In this document: piece after piece, positions 20,095-32,373 of the stretch
Layout: each line of letters starts with the position of its first letter
Position numbering within the stretch: the stretch's first letter is position 1
Source: Takakia lepidozioides
Lineage: Eukaryota; Plantae; Bryophyta
Direction of reading: 5' to 3'
Length of the DNA stretch: 64,000 nt
NCBI GenBank assembly: GCA_030704615.1
Contig: CM060732.1
Span: 24,366,001 to 24,430,000 of the forward strand
Notes under the pieces: generated by a model
Database searches by the model: none
What the model saw: the letters and a program-made list of their open reading frames with translations, nothing else
What the model was told of the DNA's origin: nothing
Position numbers and translations under genes: made by a program

Positions 20095-21539
20095 TGCCCC
20101 TATACTATAGGGAATCCGAGGAGGGGGAAGGAGGAAGTAAAGGTTGGAATGATGGAATGATAGATCGAGGGTCGGAGGGGAGAAAACGAAAGAAACATAG
20201 AACGGAAAAAAAAAAAAAAATTGGCCCTTTAATTGGTTTTTTCTTATCCCCCCGGCCTTGACCGGGTCCGTCCGGTCATAGTAGCAGGCCCTGAAGCGTT
20301 GGGCAAAGCAAGTCATTTTTAGTGACGCCCAAGGCGTCGCATTTGAGTTTTTTTTGTTGATAACTCATTTGTAGCGACGCCTGAGGCCAAAAAGAGGCCA
20401 GAGCTTGTGCTAAGCCAAAGGATACTTGCATTCCAACCCAAAAGCTGCACGAAGACTTGCTTTGAAAGCACAACGGGCTGCCTTTGATGCTTACTGGGAT
20501 ACCGAGAACATCAGGAAAATTGGTGACCATTTTCATACTTCCTTCCGAGAAGGTCTGAGGGCAAATCCTTATGGCTATACAGGGATGAATTGTGGACTGA
20601 CTACAGTATCATAGCGACATGCGAGAGAAAGAGCTATGCAACGACGCAAGGAAAAACAACAAAACTGGGGACAGGGGTCTGTACGCACTCCTCTTGCATC
20701 TATTACCAATGTGGTGAACATTGCAAGTATTTCTCAACCCTTCTCAAGTGGCTAGACTACATTTCAAATGGTATGTGGATTTCTACCTATAGCTCTCATG
20801 GGTGTTTTACGGAAGTAAAGCTTCAAAATATACTGGCTGGAAATAGCAGAAACTTAGACGGAGTACATGAAATTCATTTTCAGATATTATATGTGGCAAG
20901 CACTAGCGGTGATATACACAAATCTCTATGGTAGTTTTGAGCAATGTATGTGAGTCAGCTATGCTTTAATAGCATTGCTTAAGCACACTGATACTTGAAT
21001 CTTAAGTTTCATTTCAAAACTGCATTTTCAAGCCACTTTATGAGACCACAATGCAATCTGCAGGAAAGTTTACCTCTATGAGTGCTCTATGAATGCTGGA
21101 AGTTGAGAGTCGATTAGACCTGAGCGACCTGAATGTTGAGGCTACTTTGTAAATCTCTCTCCTTGCAATCTGCAGCCACAATCCCGACATATCCACGAGA
21201 AAAAAATTAGGTGGAGGTATCTGGCGGCTTAACACATAGCGGCACATCAACCTCACCTGTGTATCGCTTGGTTCAATGCATAGATCACAAAGCTTGGGAT
21301 TCGAAAGGAGGTTGGGGGTTGGGGGTGTCCCACCCTCTGCACGGTCTGCAATGAATGTAGGCTGCGAAGGGGCTGCTCCACAGGGCTGGCTCTGGAGGGT
21401 GACCCGAAATTCCCATGGGACACGCCCTGAGAAACACGGGGCAGTGCAGAATTACATGTCAAAGGAAATCCAAATCTCAGGGGATTTTTTTTAATTTTTT
21501 ATTTTTTTCTTCTTTTCGCAGAACAGGGGGATGTGGCCC

Positions 21540-23370
21540 TGTTTTACTTTATTGAAAAAGGGAAAGATACAAACATAGCATCATGAGGAAAAAATAACCT
21601 CAATATCAAAGTGCCATAGAGGCTGATGTAGGAAGCCATTGCTTCGTAACCAAAAGGCAGCAGTCTGCAGAGAAGATTCGATAAGGTCTGGCTTAGACTC
21701 AAGAGTTATGAGCTTCCGGCAGAGGCGATTTCGCCGGGAGCAAAAAAACCCTCGGACTCACCGAGGGGGAACAAAAAGAGCATCCCGAGTCCGTTTGGCC
21801 GGTGGCTGATGATCCCAAGGAGAAGAACCAAAGCGCTTTCGCACCAGAGGGGAGGACGCAATCTGCACATTTTTGTTGCCCACACCTATCCCATTGAAAC
21901 GGTTGAGAGCATACTTAATTTCGAATGCACTTTTTGCAGCATCTGGGCAATCCGCAAGAACATGTCCCTCCTTGTGGCATCTGTGGCAAACAATTGACAA
22001 AATCTCTACCTTAATAATGACAGAGACGAAGCTTTTGTCCAAAGTGGGGAGCTTGATGGAGCTAGGGAGCTTGGTGCTTTCCGGCATAATCACAACAATC
22101 TGCGGAATGCCACTGTCCCTGTACCCATCATAAGTAGCGGAATTGTTGTTTGCATTGCGGGGGTTGCTGAACTCAAAGTCGTTTGGTTGAATAGCACCGA
22201 CAAAAGCCCCGAAATGCGCTCCGATCTCAGGTAATGATCGTAAGTAATTCCCTGGGAGGAAACGGAGCGCAATGATCCTTGGCCTACATGTAACTCCATC
22301 CTTGTGCCCCTAGTCCGGGGACCAAGGGAAGATGTTAACACGATATCTGGATCTAGCAGTATTAAATTTGAGCGCTCTCTCTGCAAGCTCCGCCGAGCCA
22401 AACATGATGGAGTAAAATCCTTGCCCCAGAGGAATGCAGAAGTGGTGGGTGAGACCGCCATCACCCCCGAGATGCTCATGGGCCCATTTTCTAGCCCAAT
22501 GTCGATATCTCTCGCTCTCCCAGGAAAATGCACCAGAATACCTTGTTCCTTCAGCTGTAGAGAGTGCTCCTTAATCAAATCCATGTCTAGGGCCAGGATG
22601 GGTTGGTTTTCATCAACAGACCCCGCAGCTTCACTCCACATTTGCATGGGAGGGGCCTCATGAGCAGGCGTTGGTCTGGGCCCAAGAACCCCAGGACCAT
22701 CATTGCCTTGCCTCCTTGTTGAACCTCCAGTCCTGATTCTGGAGTCACGCTTGGGTTCACGACAGTTGTTGTGTTCCCGACGTTGATGATGGGGGAAGTC
22801 TGCCGAAATAAAAGAAGCCATCGCCAAATTGCGAAGCAGCGAGGGGGAGATTCCGAGATCAGGGCGCCAGGGAAGAGATCGCAAGGGGGAGGGAGATAAT
22901 GAAAAAGAGCGGAAGGCTATGAAAGGGGTGTGTGGAGGGGGGGAGTGGGGCTGTAGGAGCTTGAGGAGGCCATTAGTGCGAATTAATGGGAGACAACTTG
23001 GGAGACGGGAGTAAAACCAAGCCAGGGCCAAAGAAAGGAGGTGGTTCAATTCGAAGCACAGGGAAGCCATGGCGGGAGAATAATCAGGAGACAAGAAATC
23101 AAAGAGCACCGGCAGATGCCACTGGACCATGAAGAATCTGAGCAGGGGGGAAAACGAGGAGCCGTCACATCGCAGCAGCCCTAAAGAGATGCCAGACAAT
23201 GCAATTGCAATGAAGGATTACAATGAAAGGCTGCAGAGAGATGAGGCACGGAAGCCCTAAAGAAAAAGGAGGTAGAGAGGGGAGATGAAAAGAAGTCGAG
23301 CGTTCGTTGAGGTGAGTAAGCAGAGGGGTGGGAAAGCCCGAGCTGTTGAGCAGGACGACAAAAACCATCG
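21540..23370 (-). mobile_element. Degenerate L1-type ORF1-like region (DUF4283-like segment plus CCHC zinc knuckle); no ORF2 seen
   Basis: CHRCHKEGHVLADCP knuckle at ~21950-21990. The frameshifted upstream segment reads GILVHF...LGQGFYSIMFGSAELAERAL...IFPWSP. AATAAA on the minus strand near 21550 and a pyrimidine-rich leader. Boundaries are approximate. Confidence 0.6.
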
Positions 23371-25780
23371 GACCCTACTGTGCAAGCTCAAAACGGTTAA
23401 GTCCCAAAAACCTCTCTCTCACCGGATAACGCAGAGGCCTAGAGGGGCTCCATGCTCCGGTCTTAATTGTTTTCGGGATTTTCAAGATGGATCAGGAGTA
23501 CCTCCCCAACTTGATTTAGGACGGTGGGACCGTTCCGTTTTCCAAAAAACACACCCATGTTTTCCCCTAAATAAAAAAGATGGCAACATACATGCACCTT
23601 GTGGACCCCCCATCGGATCACTACAAAGCAGGTATAACCAGATCTTGTCCAAAAACTCTGAAATTTTAGGAGAAGGTGGCCACCATCATGAGACATGTCC
23701 ATGTAAAATTGTAACGCAATTGGACCAGCCATTTAGGAATTTCGATAATATCTGTATAATTTTTTGTACTTTGTAGAGGTTACAAAAACTTTTCGTGCTC
23801 ACAAAAAACATCTAAGATTCCAATTTCTGCGGCCAAATGTCATGAAACGCTGGGAAAAGGTAGGGGATGTAGTTTAATCATGATTGTAAGGTGAACTTTT
23901 TTAGATCCGAGCATTGAATGCTTAGTTATAAATAAAAAGGTGGCATGAGGTTCAGATTTTGCAATTTAAAAAAAAGCTGTAGGCGTTTAGTGAGGCTTCT
24001 GCATCTTTTAAAATTAATAAATTCTGCTCAAGCATGATATGTACTGTAAGGTCAAGTATTGCCCACAAATTCTGCAAGAAACCAGCCGTGGTCCATCCCA
24101 CAGGGGGACACACCCTGTGTGTAACTTAAGTAACAGTGACATGCTCGCTCTGCTCCAATGCCTTGCTTTCTTTCTCTGCCAAGCTCGCATGAAAAGTGCA
24201 GGCTGCCAGACAGCGTGAGGCAGGGAAGCATCGCAGTGCGGCTACCAATCCAAGCTCTCACATGCGCGGAGGAAAGCATTTCACAGATCGAGGCGCCGCA
24301 GCCATGCCCGCCTTCTGTGGCTTTCAAAATTGAAGGGAGCCCACTGCGCTGGAATCTTCTTGTCTTTGGAGGCATTAGGAAGGCGGCGGAGGCCCCTGTA
24401 TGTACACGTAGAAAGGTGTGGATATGCGCATCTTATCGGCTTTCATGGTGTCACTGGGAACCATCCCACCTCCCGAACGTGGGCCCAGCACTGACACTAA
24501 GTATGTGTCGTTTAGTTGATCCTAGCTGCCCCCCAAACCGAACGCGCAGCTCAGTCGTGCAGCCGCCATGTGAAAAAGCTGTGGTTTTGCAAATTGGGGA
24601 CAGGAAGAGGAAACTTTTTCCAATCAACTCATCACCATGCAATTGTTTGATCACGTGAGCATTCTCATACCACGTTAGAATCTGACTGCGAGATGCCCAA
24701 CTACCGTTACACGTATGTACTATAGTTTTGAGCTCTCAGAGATGGCAGCTGACACATCTGCAATTGCAATCGCCTGCACAGACGATGATCCCCCCATCGA
24801 TCTTCCTTCTTGCTACCAATCTGATGCCACGTGCGTCTGCGGGCCCATCGGCTGCCCCCAGTTACTCTCCGCACTCTCGCAAACGGAAGTGAAGCTCAAC
24901 AATTTTCGGAACGGAAGTGGAGGGACCATAATCAGCCTCATGTCCAGTGCAGTGATTGTGAAGCAGATGACTTGAGATGATGGCACCATCATAGATCATA
25001 AGTTACTTGTGGCTGCGTGACAAATGGCACGCATGCATCAGTGAATCCCGCCATGGAACCCATCTACAGTTCTGCATGCTTGGCATGCCTTAAGAGGTAA
25101 GCAACTGATGCGACCGATCATGACAAGGACGATGCAGCCCAGTCTTCTGACTCTGCGTCGTGTCATTGCTGCAGCGGCCATGAGGAGTCGAGCGGCGTTC
25201 ATGGATTTTGGAGTTATCTTTTCCGATGATAGAGGGAGAGAGAGAGAGAGAGAGGTGATGATGGGGGAAAGATGGCTGTGCATGAATAACGGTACGCGTT
25301 GGACGGATGGCTGGTGAGGGTTGCGGGCACTTGCAGAGTGAAGTCGCCTCCCCAGTCTCTTGCACGGATGCTGCTGTGTTCTATCTACAGGAATTCGGGA
25401 ATGACCGATTTTTAGTGGGATCTCTTCTGCGAGCATGACCCCTTTCACCACACGCACACCCAAAATGGGCTGGCTGCTAATTTAAGGGCCATTTTAACTG
25501 TGCGTTCGAGGCGAGTGATTAGATTTCATGAGCTTGCACTTCTGCCTTCTCAGTGTTGCCCATCATCGCCACGTCCGCTCTCCTACGATCTCCGCCCGCT
25601 CTCAAGACTTTAGGTGGAAATTCCCGTTCTTGCTCAGGTTGAATTGCCCTGACATATTGGTCGCTGTATAGCACGACTTAGCCGAATTGGTGAAGGCCTG
25701 CAGGGACACATAAGTGGTACGGTTTCAGGCTTTGAAAGACAGGATCGAAACAATCCCGCTTGCTACATTAAGGAAGTGCT

Positions 25781-28700
25781 ATGGACACACTGCAGGGCCC
25801 CATGCCGCAGTGCCCTGTGGAAAAGCAGTGCCTGAAGTGGGCGCAAGTCTACCTCAAGGACTGTGTGTGCAGCAGACGTGATTTGGTATCACTGGTGCTG
25901 GGCTTGCTGAGCGTGTTAAGCTGGGGCGTAGCTGAGGTGCCGCAGATCCTGACGAACTACCACGAGAAGTCCACCGAGGGAGTATCGCTGCTTTTTCTCA
26001 TGACCTGGGTCGTCGGGTAAGCGCCAACCTCTCTGCCTGCAGTGCTAATACCATCCCTGTCTGTTTTGGTGTAAATTGCAGAGAGATGTACTCAGAGGGT
26101 GAGCGAGCGAGAGAGCCCATTTGTTGGCTCACAGAAAATTCGTGTCTTGAAACTGTTCCACTTTCACGTTGAGGTCCATTTTTTAGTTCAATAAGCTGTC
26201 GATTCTGTTGCCGTTCTCTCTGTATATCTGTCTGTCTGTCTCTGTCTCTGATAGGAGGCGATGGATGGGTATGAATTATCTGCAGGGACATTTTCAACGT
26301 TGCAGGTTGCTATCTGGAGCCAGCCACCGTACGTCCATCCTCTCTCTTTCCTTGCAATATCACAAGCTCTTTTCTGGACGAAATGTGCATGTCTGGTGTG
26401 AGCAACGTCTTATTTTGTTGGGGAGGCTGGCTATATGCATGAGATCTCAGCCCGAACGGTTGTCTTGATGGTTGGATACTTTTAGCTGCTCTTCGTTAGT
26501 TGCAGATAAAGATCAGTGGTGGCTTACACATGCTGTTTGGTTGGATGTGATGTCACCAGCTGCCAACGCAATTCTACATGGCACTGGTAGGGTTTACCTA
26601 TCCTACATTTTCTCACATTTGAGTCTAATTTCCAACTGACCTTATCTCTCACTCTTTCTTTCTCTCCTCAACTCTTGTGCCTGCTTGTGCTAGAGACTGT
26701 GGAACATTTCTTCTATCTACTATAACATAGCACTGGCTATTCAGGACAGCCAATCTCTCTATGAGGATCAGAGGTGCATGGTGGCAGATTTGTACGAGGC
26801 TCTCCAGCTTAGAGAATCTCTTGATGTTGAATCATATTTTGGGGTTTTGCTTGTTGAGTGCCCCACTTTCTTATGTACTCCTATCTTTTGTCCTGTAAGC
26901 TTTTTGAGCTTCCTGTGGATGCTTAGTTGTTACATTGTCTCTTTCTTTTTCTTACTTTATCCCGTCTAAGGTGGTCTCTTTATTATCACTTTCTCTCTTC
27001 TTGTACCTCGACTTGTCATGAATAGGATAGATGGTGACACAGCAAAGATTCTGAGTGTGGATGGCAGCTGTATACAATCACAACAGTTGTTTTAGTGGGC
27101 CAAACCGTCTATTATGACTTCGTGTATCGCTGGATCCATCCCAAGGTCATTCCTGAGGTCAGTGTATATCTGACTTGATTCTTTCCCCAATGCCTTTGCG
27201 TTTCCAAAAAGGTCATGACATCAAATTGCTATGTATACAAAGTCTTTAACCTCCATCTGGAGAGAGCTATGACAATGTGCAGTGTGTATGAATAGTGTGG
27301 ATATGATAGCCATAATAGCCCTTTATATGTGTATAAGTCCTCTGAATAACAGCACAGAAACTTGGCAAGTCACTGCTGGAAAATAGTGCTGATCAGATTC
27401 TCTTGGCAGTCGCATACTGACCCCTTGTGCTGTAGGGTGTATGAATAGTGTGGATATGATAGCCATAATAGCCCTTTATATATGTCCAAGTCCTCTGAAT
27501 AACAGCACAGAAACTTGGCAAGTCACTCCTGGAAAATAGTGCTGATCAGATTCTCCTGGCAGTCGCATACTGACCCCTTGTGCTGTAGGTTGAGAAGGAA
27601 GATGTGGAGGTCCAGAAGCCACTAAGTATTCCTGAGGGTGCTGATGAAACGAGCGACTCAACCGCAGTGTCGACCACTATAAGAGTACCCCGCCAGCCTA
27701 CACCCAGTAGAGATCTCTACTTCACGTAAGATATTTGCTTTCCCCAAGTCTGTACTCATAGTTCAATGCAGATGGACCTTACAGAAATTGCAGTATTGCT
27801 AATTTGTTACTTTATTTTATTCTTCATGCTTGTGGTGTGTTGAGTTTCCAGTATCGGATATCACTTTCGGTCCTTTCATTGGATATGATGAAGTTCCATT
27901 CCAGTCAATCAAGGCATCTAATTTTTGTGGTGGGGCATTCAGGTCTGCAAGGTCATTAGTAAGTAGCTATACACCAACGCCAGGCTCCTACAGCTTGGTG
28001 GGATCACGTGGAGCGTCTGGCAGCCACGGTGGCAGTTATTTACTGCCACGGGACACTTCTCGTCCTCCATCCATGCCAATCAACATTGGATCTGCTCCTA
28101 CCCGGACTGTGTCCATTCCAGTCCGTTCACAGTCATCAGGAGTGCTGCGCGTGGTATGCTTCTGCCAGCTGAGTTGCTAAGATATTCCAGACCAACCTAT
28201 TGACCCTCAGAATTGGGTCTCTGTACGCTGATAGTTATTGTCATAGTTTTGGCAGAGGAACCTAACCAATATTACAGACATCTGTTTCTGTGGAGGAATG
28301 CTACATGTCAGCATTTCCTTGGAAAACAGTCCCTTCACATGTAGGCTGTGCCATTCAGTTGAAAAAAGAGACTGAAGGCACAGAGTCTAATCCAACTTGG
28401 AGCACCCACGACCCTTGGAGAAGGATGTCAGTTGTTTCAATAGTGGCAGTACTCGTGATAAGAGCTCCGCAATTTTTTCCACAATTTGCTGAACTTGATT
28501 CAAGACTACGTACATTGTTCCATACAACTGTGTGATACCCTGACTTTTCGATTGTTACAAGGATCTGTCAATGCTGCCCATCCTTTAGAGTATGGTAGGA
28601 TCGTGAACATGCAGAATGTATATGAAGACTTTGAGGGCAACATTTGGATGGTAGCATGAGACCAGACTGTGGCTTTCATGTCTGAACAGGTTGGGTCATC

Positions 28701-30050
28701 AGGGGCACTCTTGATTGGGTCTGTGGGCATACACTCTCAAATCAGCAGGTCTATGGCAAGAATGGGGTATGGAACTGGCTTAAATTCAGACTTTACAGGG
28801 GAAGGGGAAGGGATTTCAACGACCGGAGAAGTGTTTGGGTGGATCATGGCTGCCATTTACATGGGTGGCCGGCTACCACAAATTTGGCTCAATGTAGGTT
28901 CTTTGACCCTACCCTCAAGAAAGAATATAGGTGAAGAAGAGAACTGCTCCATCTCTCCTCCATGATGTCTATGTATCCATGACATTGTCGAATTGCATAC
29001 ATTGCAAGGTGGATTGTGTAGCAGGTCAATGCCCTGATATGCTGTCCTTCTTTTCGTTCTCTTTATGAGCTTTTCATGGGTTGGGTGTGACAACCACCTG
29101 TGGAAGAGGACATTGGAAGATACATGATTCTCCCCTGACTGATGTGTTTTCCTTTGTATGCCTCCACATGGGATCCTTCATTTCCGTTGTTATGGTGGTG
29201 GCCCTTTGTGATCAACATGGATGCGTATGACAAACATTGCAGATGAAAAGAGGAACAGTTGAGGTGAGTTGGCTTTTCATGTTTTGGTGGATGGGAATCT
29301 TTGTGGCTCAGACGTTTGGAACAGATGGATTGTGGGGTTATTTCCAGGACTGATGGTTACTTGCTCTTATTCTTCCTGAACGGGTTGCGTAAATTTATAT
29401 GGTGCATCCAATCAACTTTCCATGCTAAATTGAGGCTGGATGCCTGCTGGATTTGCAGGGCCTCAACCCATTGATGTTTGGGTTTGCGCTCATGGGCAAT
29501 GCCACGTATGTGGCAAGGTACGTGTCCAATGCCAATTCAAGTATTTCGGGATTGCCTTTATCACCATCCATGACATGTGACACATGAATCTGCTGTGGGT
29601 TGTGCAGTATTCTTGTGCGTAGCACAGAGTGGGCACAATTGAAGCCGAACATGCCCTGGTTGGTGGATGCAGGCGTGTGTGTACTCCTTGATTTCTTTGT
29701 ATCCTTCTCCCTCCTTCTCATCTCTGCTAATTTTCTTCTGGTCTTAAGATTTTGCTACACTTCCATTGCTTCTCCTTTTGTGTTCGTTTTTCCATTGGTA
29801 GTTCAATGTCGGTGCAAAGTCCTTGGTTTAGCTTTTGTACTCCTTGGTGTACATAATATTTTGTGCACAACTTGAGGTCGTTTATGTTGAAGGAATCATG
29901 AGGTTGAGACTTCAAGTTCACCAAGGAAGGAGTGCCGATTGACATTTGCCTTAACCATATTCACAGATTTTGTGCCAGTTTGGCTATTACTACATGAAGA
30001 AGCTCAGAGAGGTGGATGACAGTGAGGGTGCATATGAGGCACTCAAGTAG
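25781..30050 (+). CDS. PQ-loop repeat vacuolar amino-acid transporter (YPQ1/PQLC2-like), about 11 exons
   Basis: First PQ loop SWGVAEVPQILTNYHEKSTEGVS, exons GDIFNVAGCYLEPAT and LPTQFYMAL, second loop GWIMAAIYMGGRLPQIWLN|MKRGTVE|GLNPLMF, then NMPWLVDAGVCVLLDFF. GT-AG junctions and stop TAG at 30048-30050. Confidence 0.93.
27284..27589 (+). repeat. 153-bp tandem duplication in a PQ-loop intron that duplicates the 3' splice site
   Basis: GTGTATGAATAGTGTGG...CCCCTTGTGCTGTAGG at 27284-27436 and 27437-27589. Confidence 0.95.
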
Positions 30051-32373
30051 TCAAGAGCAAGTTTTGTTACCTGAATTGTCTTCAGTCGAGGATGGGTTTG
30101 AGCTCTCTCCTCATCCGGTTTTCTAGTTATGCTGAGAACTTGATTGCTCGTCTGAATTGATGTGCACCGGATGGAAAGCTGGTATTGCAGAGTTATGTTT
30201 TGGTAAAGATGGCCTCAAAGTATTTGAAGTACTCTTTACATTGCAAATGTCACATGTTCAAAGAGCATATGTGATGTGATGCCTCGTCTCTAGCCTTTAT
30301 CATACTCTGTTATGGACATCCGTTCAATGATCAGCATGGTCGGTATGTCACACGCTTCTGCAAAATGAATGTCTTCATCTTCCAGTTGACTACACAACTC
30401 CCATCTTTCAACGTGGGCTGAATTGTGCAAGTTCCGCTGCAGGAACAGAGAAAATGGCAACTCTATCAGGAAAATGTAAGAAAATTAGTCCAGAGCACTT
30501 TGTGGGGAGAATACTTCAGGCTTTGGTAGCCTCCATTACTACACAATGTCCTGTCAAAGATCATTGTGAAATGTGCCTTTGACACGTGATTGCTCGATGC
30601 ACGCTCTGCAGGAAAAGAATCCGAGCAAAGCGGTAGCAAGCGTTAAGTAGAGACGCGTGAAATGGAGATGGGACAAGAAAATGATGAAGCATAAGCATCG
30701 CAGAAAAAGAATGCAGAATGCGCAGAGTGCGCCGACCGCCTTTGCAATGTCGAGTAGATTGGCGGCACTCTGCTGACCAAATCCAATCGGTAGGTAGTAC
30801 CCAACAGAACCCTGCTCGATCGTGGACTCGCTTGCAGATGTTGGAATGTTTGCAGGGTGTCAGCCATGTCAGGAATCGCTCTGTCGACTGCAAACATGCG
30901 GCATGTTGTAGATTCACTACAAGAGAGGAAAGAGCTTGTGAGTGGGGTCCGGGGAGTGGGTATACTGTATACTGCTCAGCTCTCAACTTATCACTACAAC
31001 GCCCTTTTCTCAAACAGCCAGAGCTTCCTGAATCCGGGTCCATTGAAGAGCCCTCAATAGGATGATTGTAGTCCAGATCAGAGAGTTCTTTCTTAAGATG
31101 GGTTCTTGCTGGATGCGCCCCGCAAACAAAGGGCCACTGTGAAATTAGAAGCGCAGGCCCTATCTCCGGGCCAGGTTCCATGGCCACTTCCAATCGCCCC
31201 CAAAGGAGCTGCCCCCAAGATGGATCGCCCCTCCAAAACATGAGGGGGTGGTTCCATAGAGACCCTTGTCACTGCCCCTTCTTAAGATGTGCTACTCTTT
31301 GTCCCCAAATGAACTGCCTTCCATGCGGCTGAGGGCCCGCCAAAGTGGATGGCCCTTCACGAGGGGACCTGATTTTTGCGCCCCATGGAAAGGCCAATTC
31401 AGTGGGGGCTCCCCTTCAAGAGTATTCTCCCCCTTGTACATAACTACAAAGCCAAGAAATTGAAGCATTGACGCAATTGAGTCAGATGATTGTACTACTC
31501 AGCGAAATGAACAGTATCACGCTGGTGAAGGAGAGGCTGGTGGCGACGATGACGTGTCTACGATGCCATGGTGACGATGACGTGGCACTATGGCACCCTA
31601 TTCCTGGTCTACGCTTCGCTAGAATGTTTGCTAGTGTAAACTTATTCTTGACTCCCAGTTGCGTCCGTTGCGTCCTCTTTCCCAAAAAAAGAAAAAAAAA
31701 AAGAAAAGATGTGGTGTAGTGTTGCAGGACGATGTTTGGATGATTGCAGAAGACCAAGGCAATGTCACTTTTACTTTCCTGTTGACGGTTCAAAAAAGAA
31801 ATGTATCATCTCAAGTGACATCATTCATGACTGAGACTTTGTCAATGGATCGAAGGTCTGAAATGCAGAAAAGCTTCTCTCCCAACTCAGATGTAAACTC
31901 TCCACCTCCACTCTCTTGCTCAATCTTTTGCATGAACAGTTATTGAAAGCAGACCTGCAAGAGAATCAGGTGTCTTCAACACCAGATGTACAGGAAATCT
32001 ATCAGTCACAGTTCCTATTATCTCCTATAGGCATGGCCTATCGACGTCATCAGCTCAACATGAAATTCATAACCGGTCTTCCAACAAGTTTAGAAAGCAA
32101 GCTCACAAATATAGCTGGTGGCAGACAAACGCACAGGAGTAAGCTCCACAGTTGACCATATTTCTCTGAGCCTAACTCTTTGCCACGCATTATATACATT
32201 TGACATGTATAAATACTGTCCAAGTTTAGAGTCACTTAGTACAGTTCAAGCTTTGAGAATACTTCTCAGTTGAAAGGGTAATAACCCCTCCCGCCGCTCA
32301 TTATGCTCTTTGAATTAGGCCAAAATTGCCAGACAGCCCCATTTTCACAGGTGAAGGGCGGATCGTTCCTGAA

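Noticed and set aside
24052-25463. Several 70-166 aa ORFs upstream of the PQ-loop gene
   Set aside because: They have no recognisable domains and overlap on both strands, and they include GA microsatellite sequence typical of promoter or UTR DNA.
30561-31241. 226-aa minus-strand ORF
   Set aside because: No motif support. The region may be TE-derived, but I could not define ends or a TSD.
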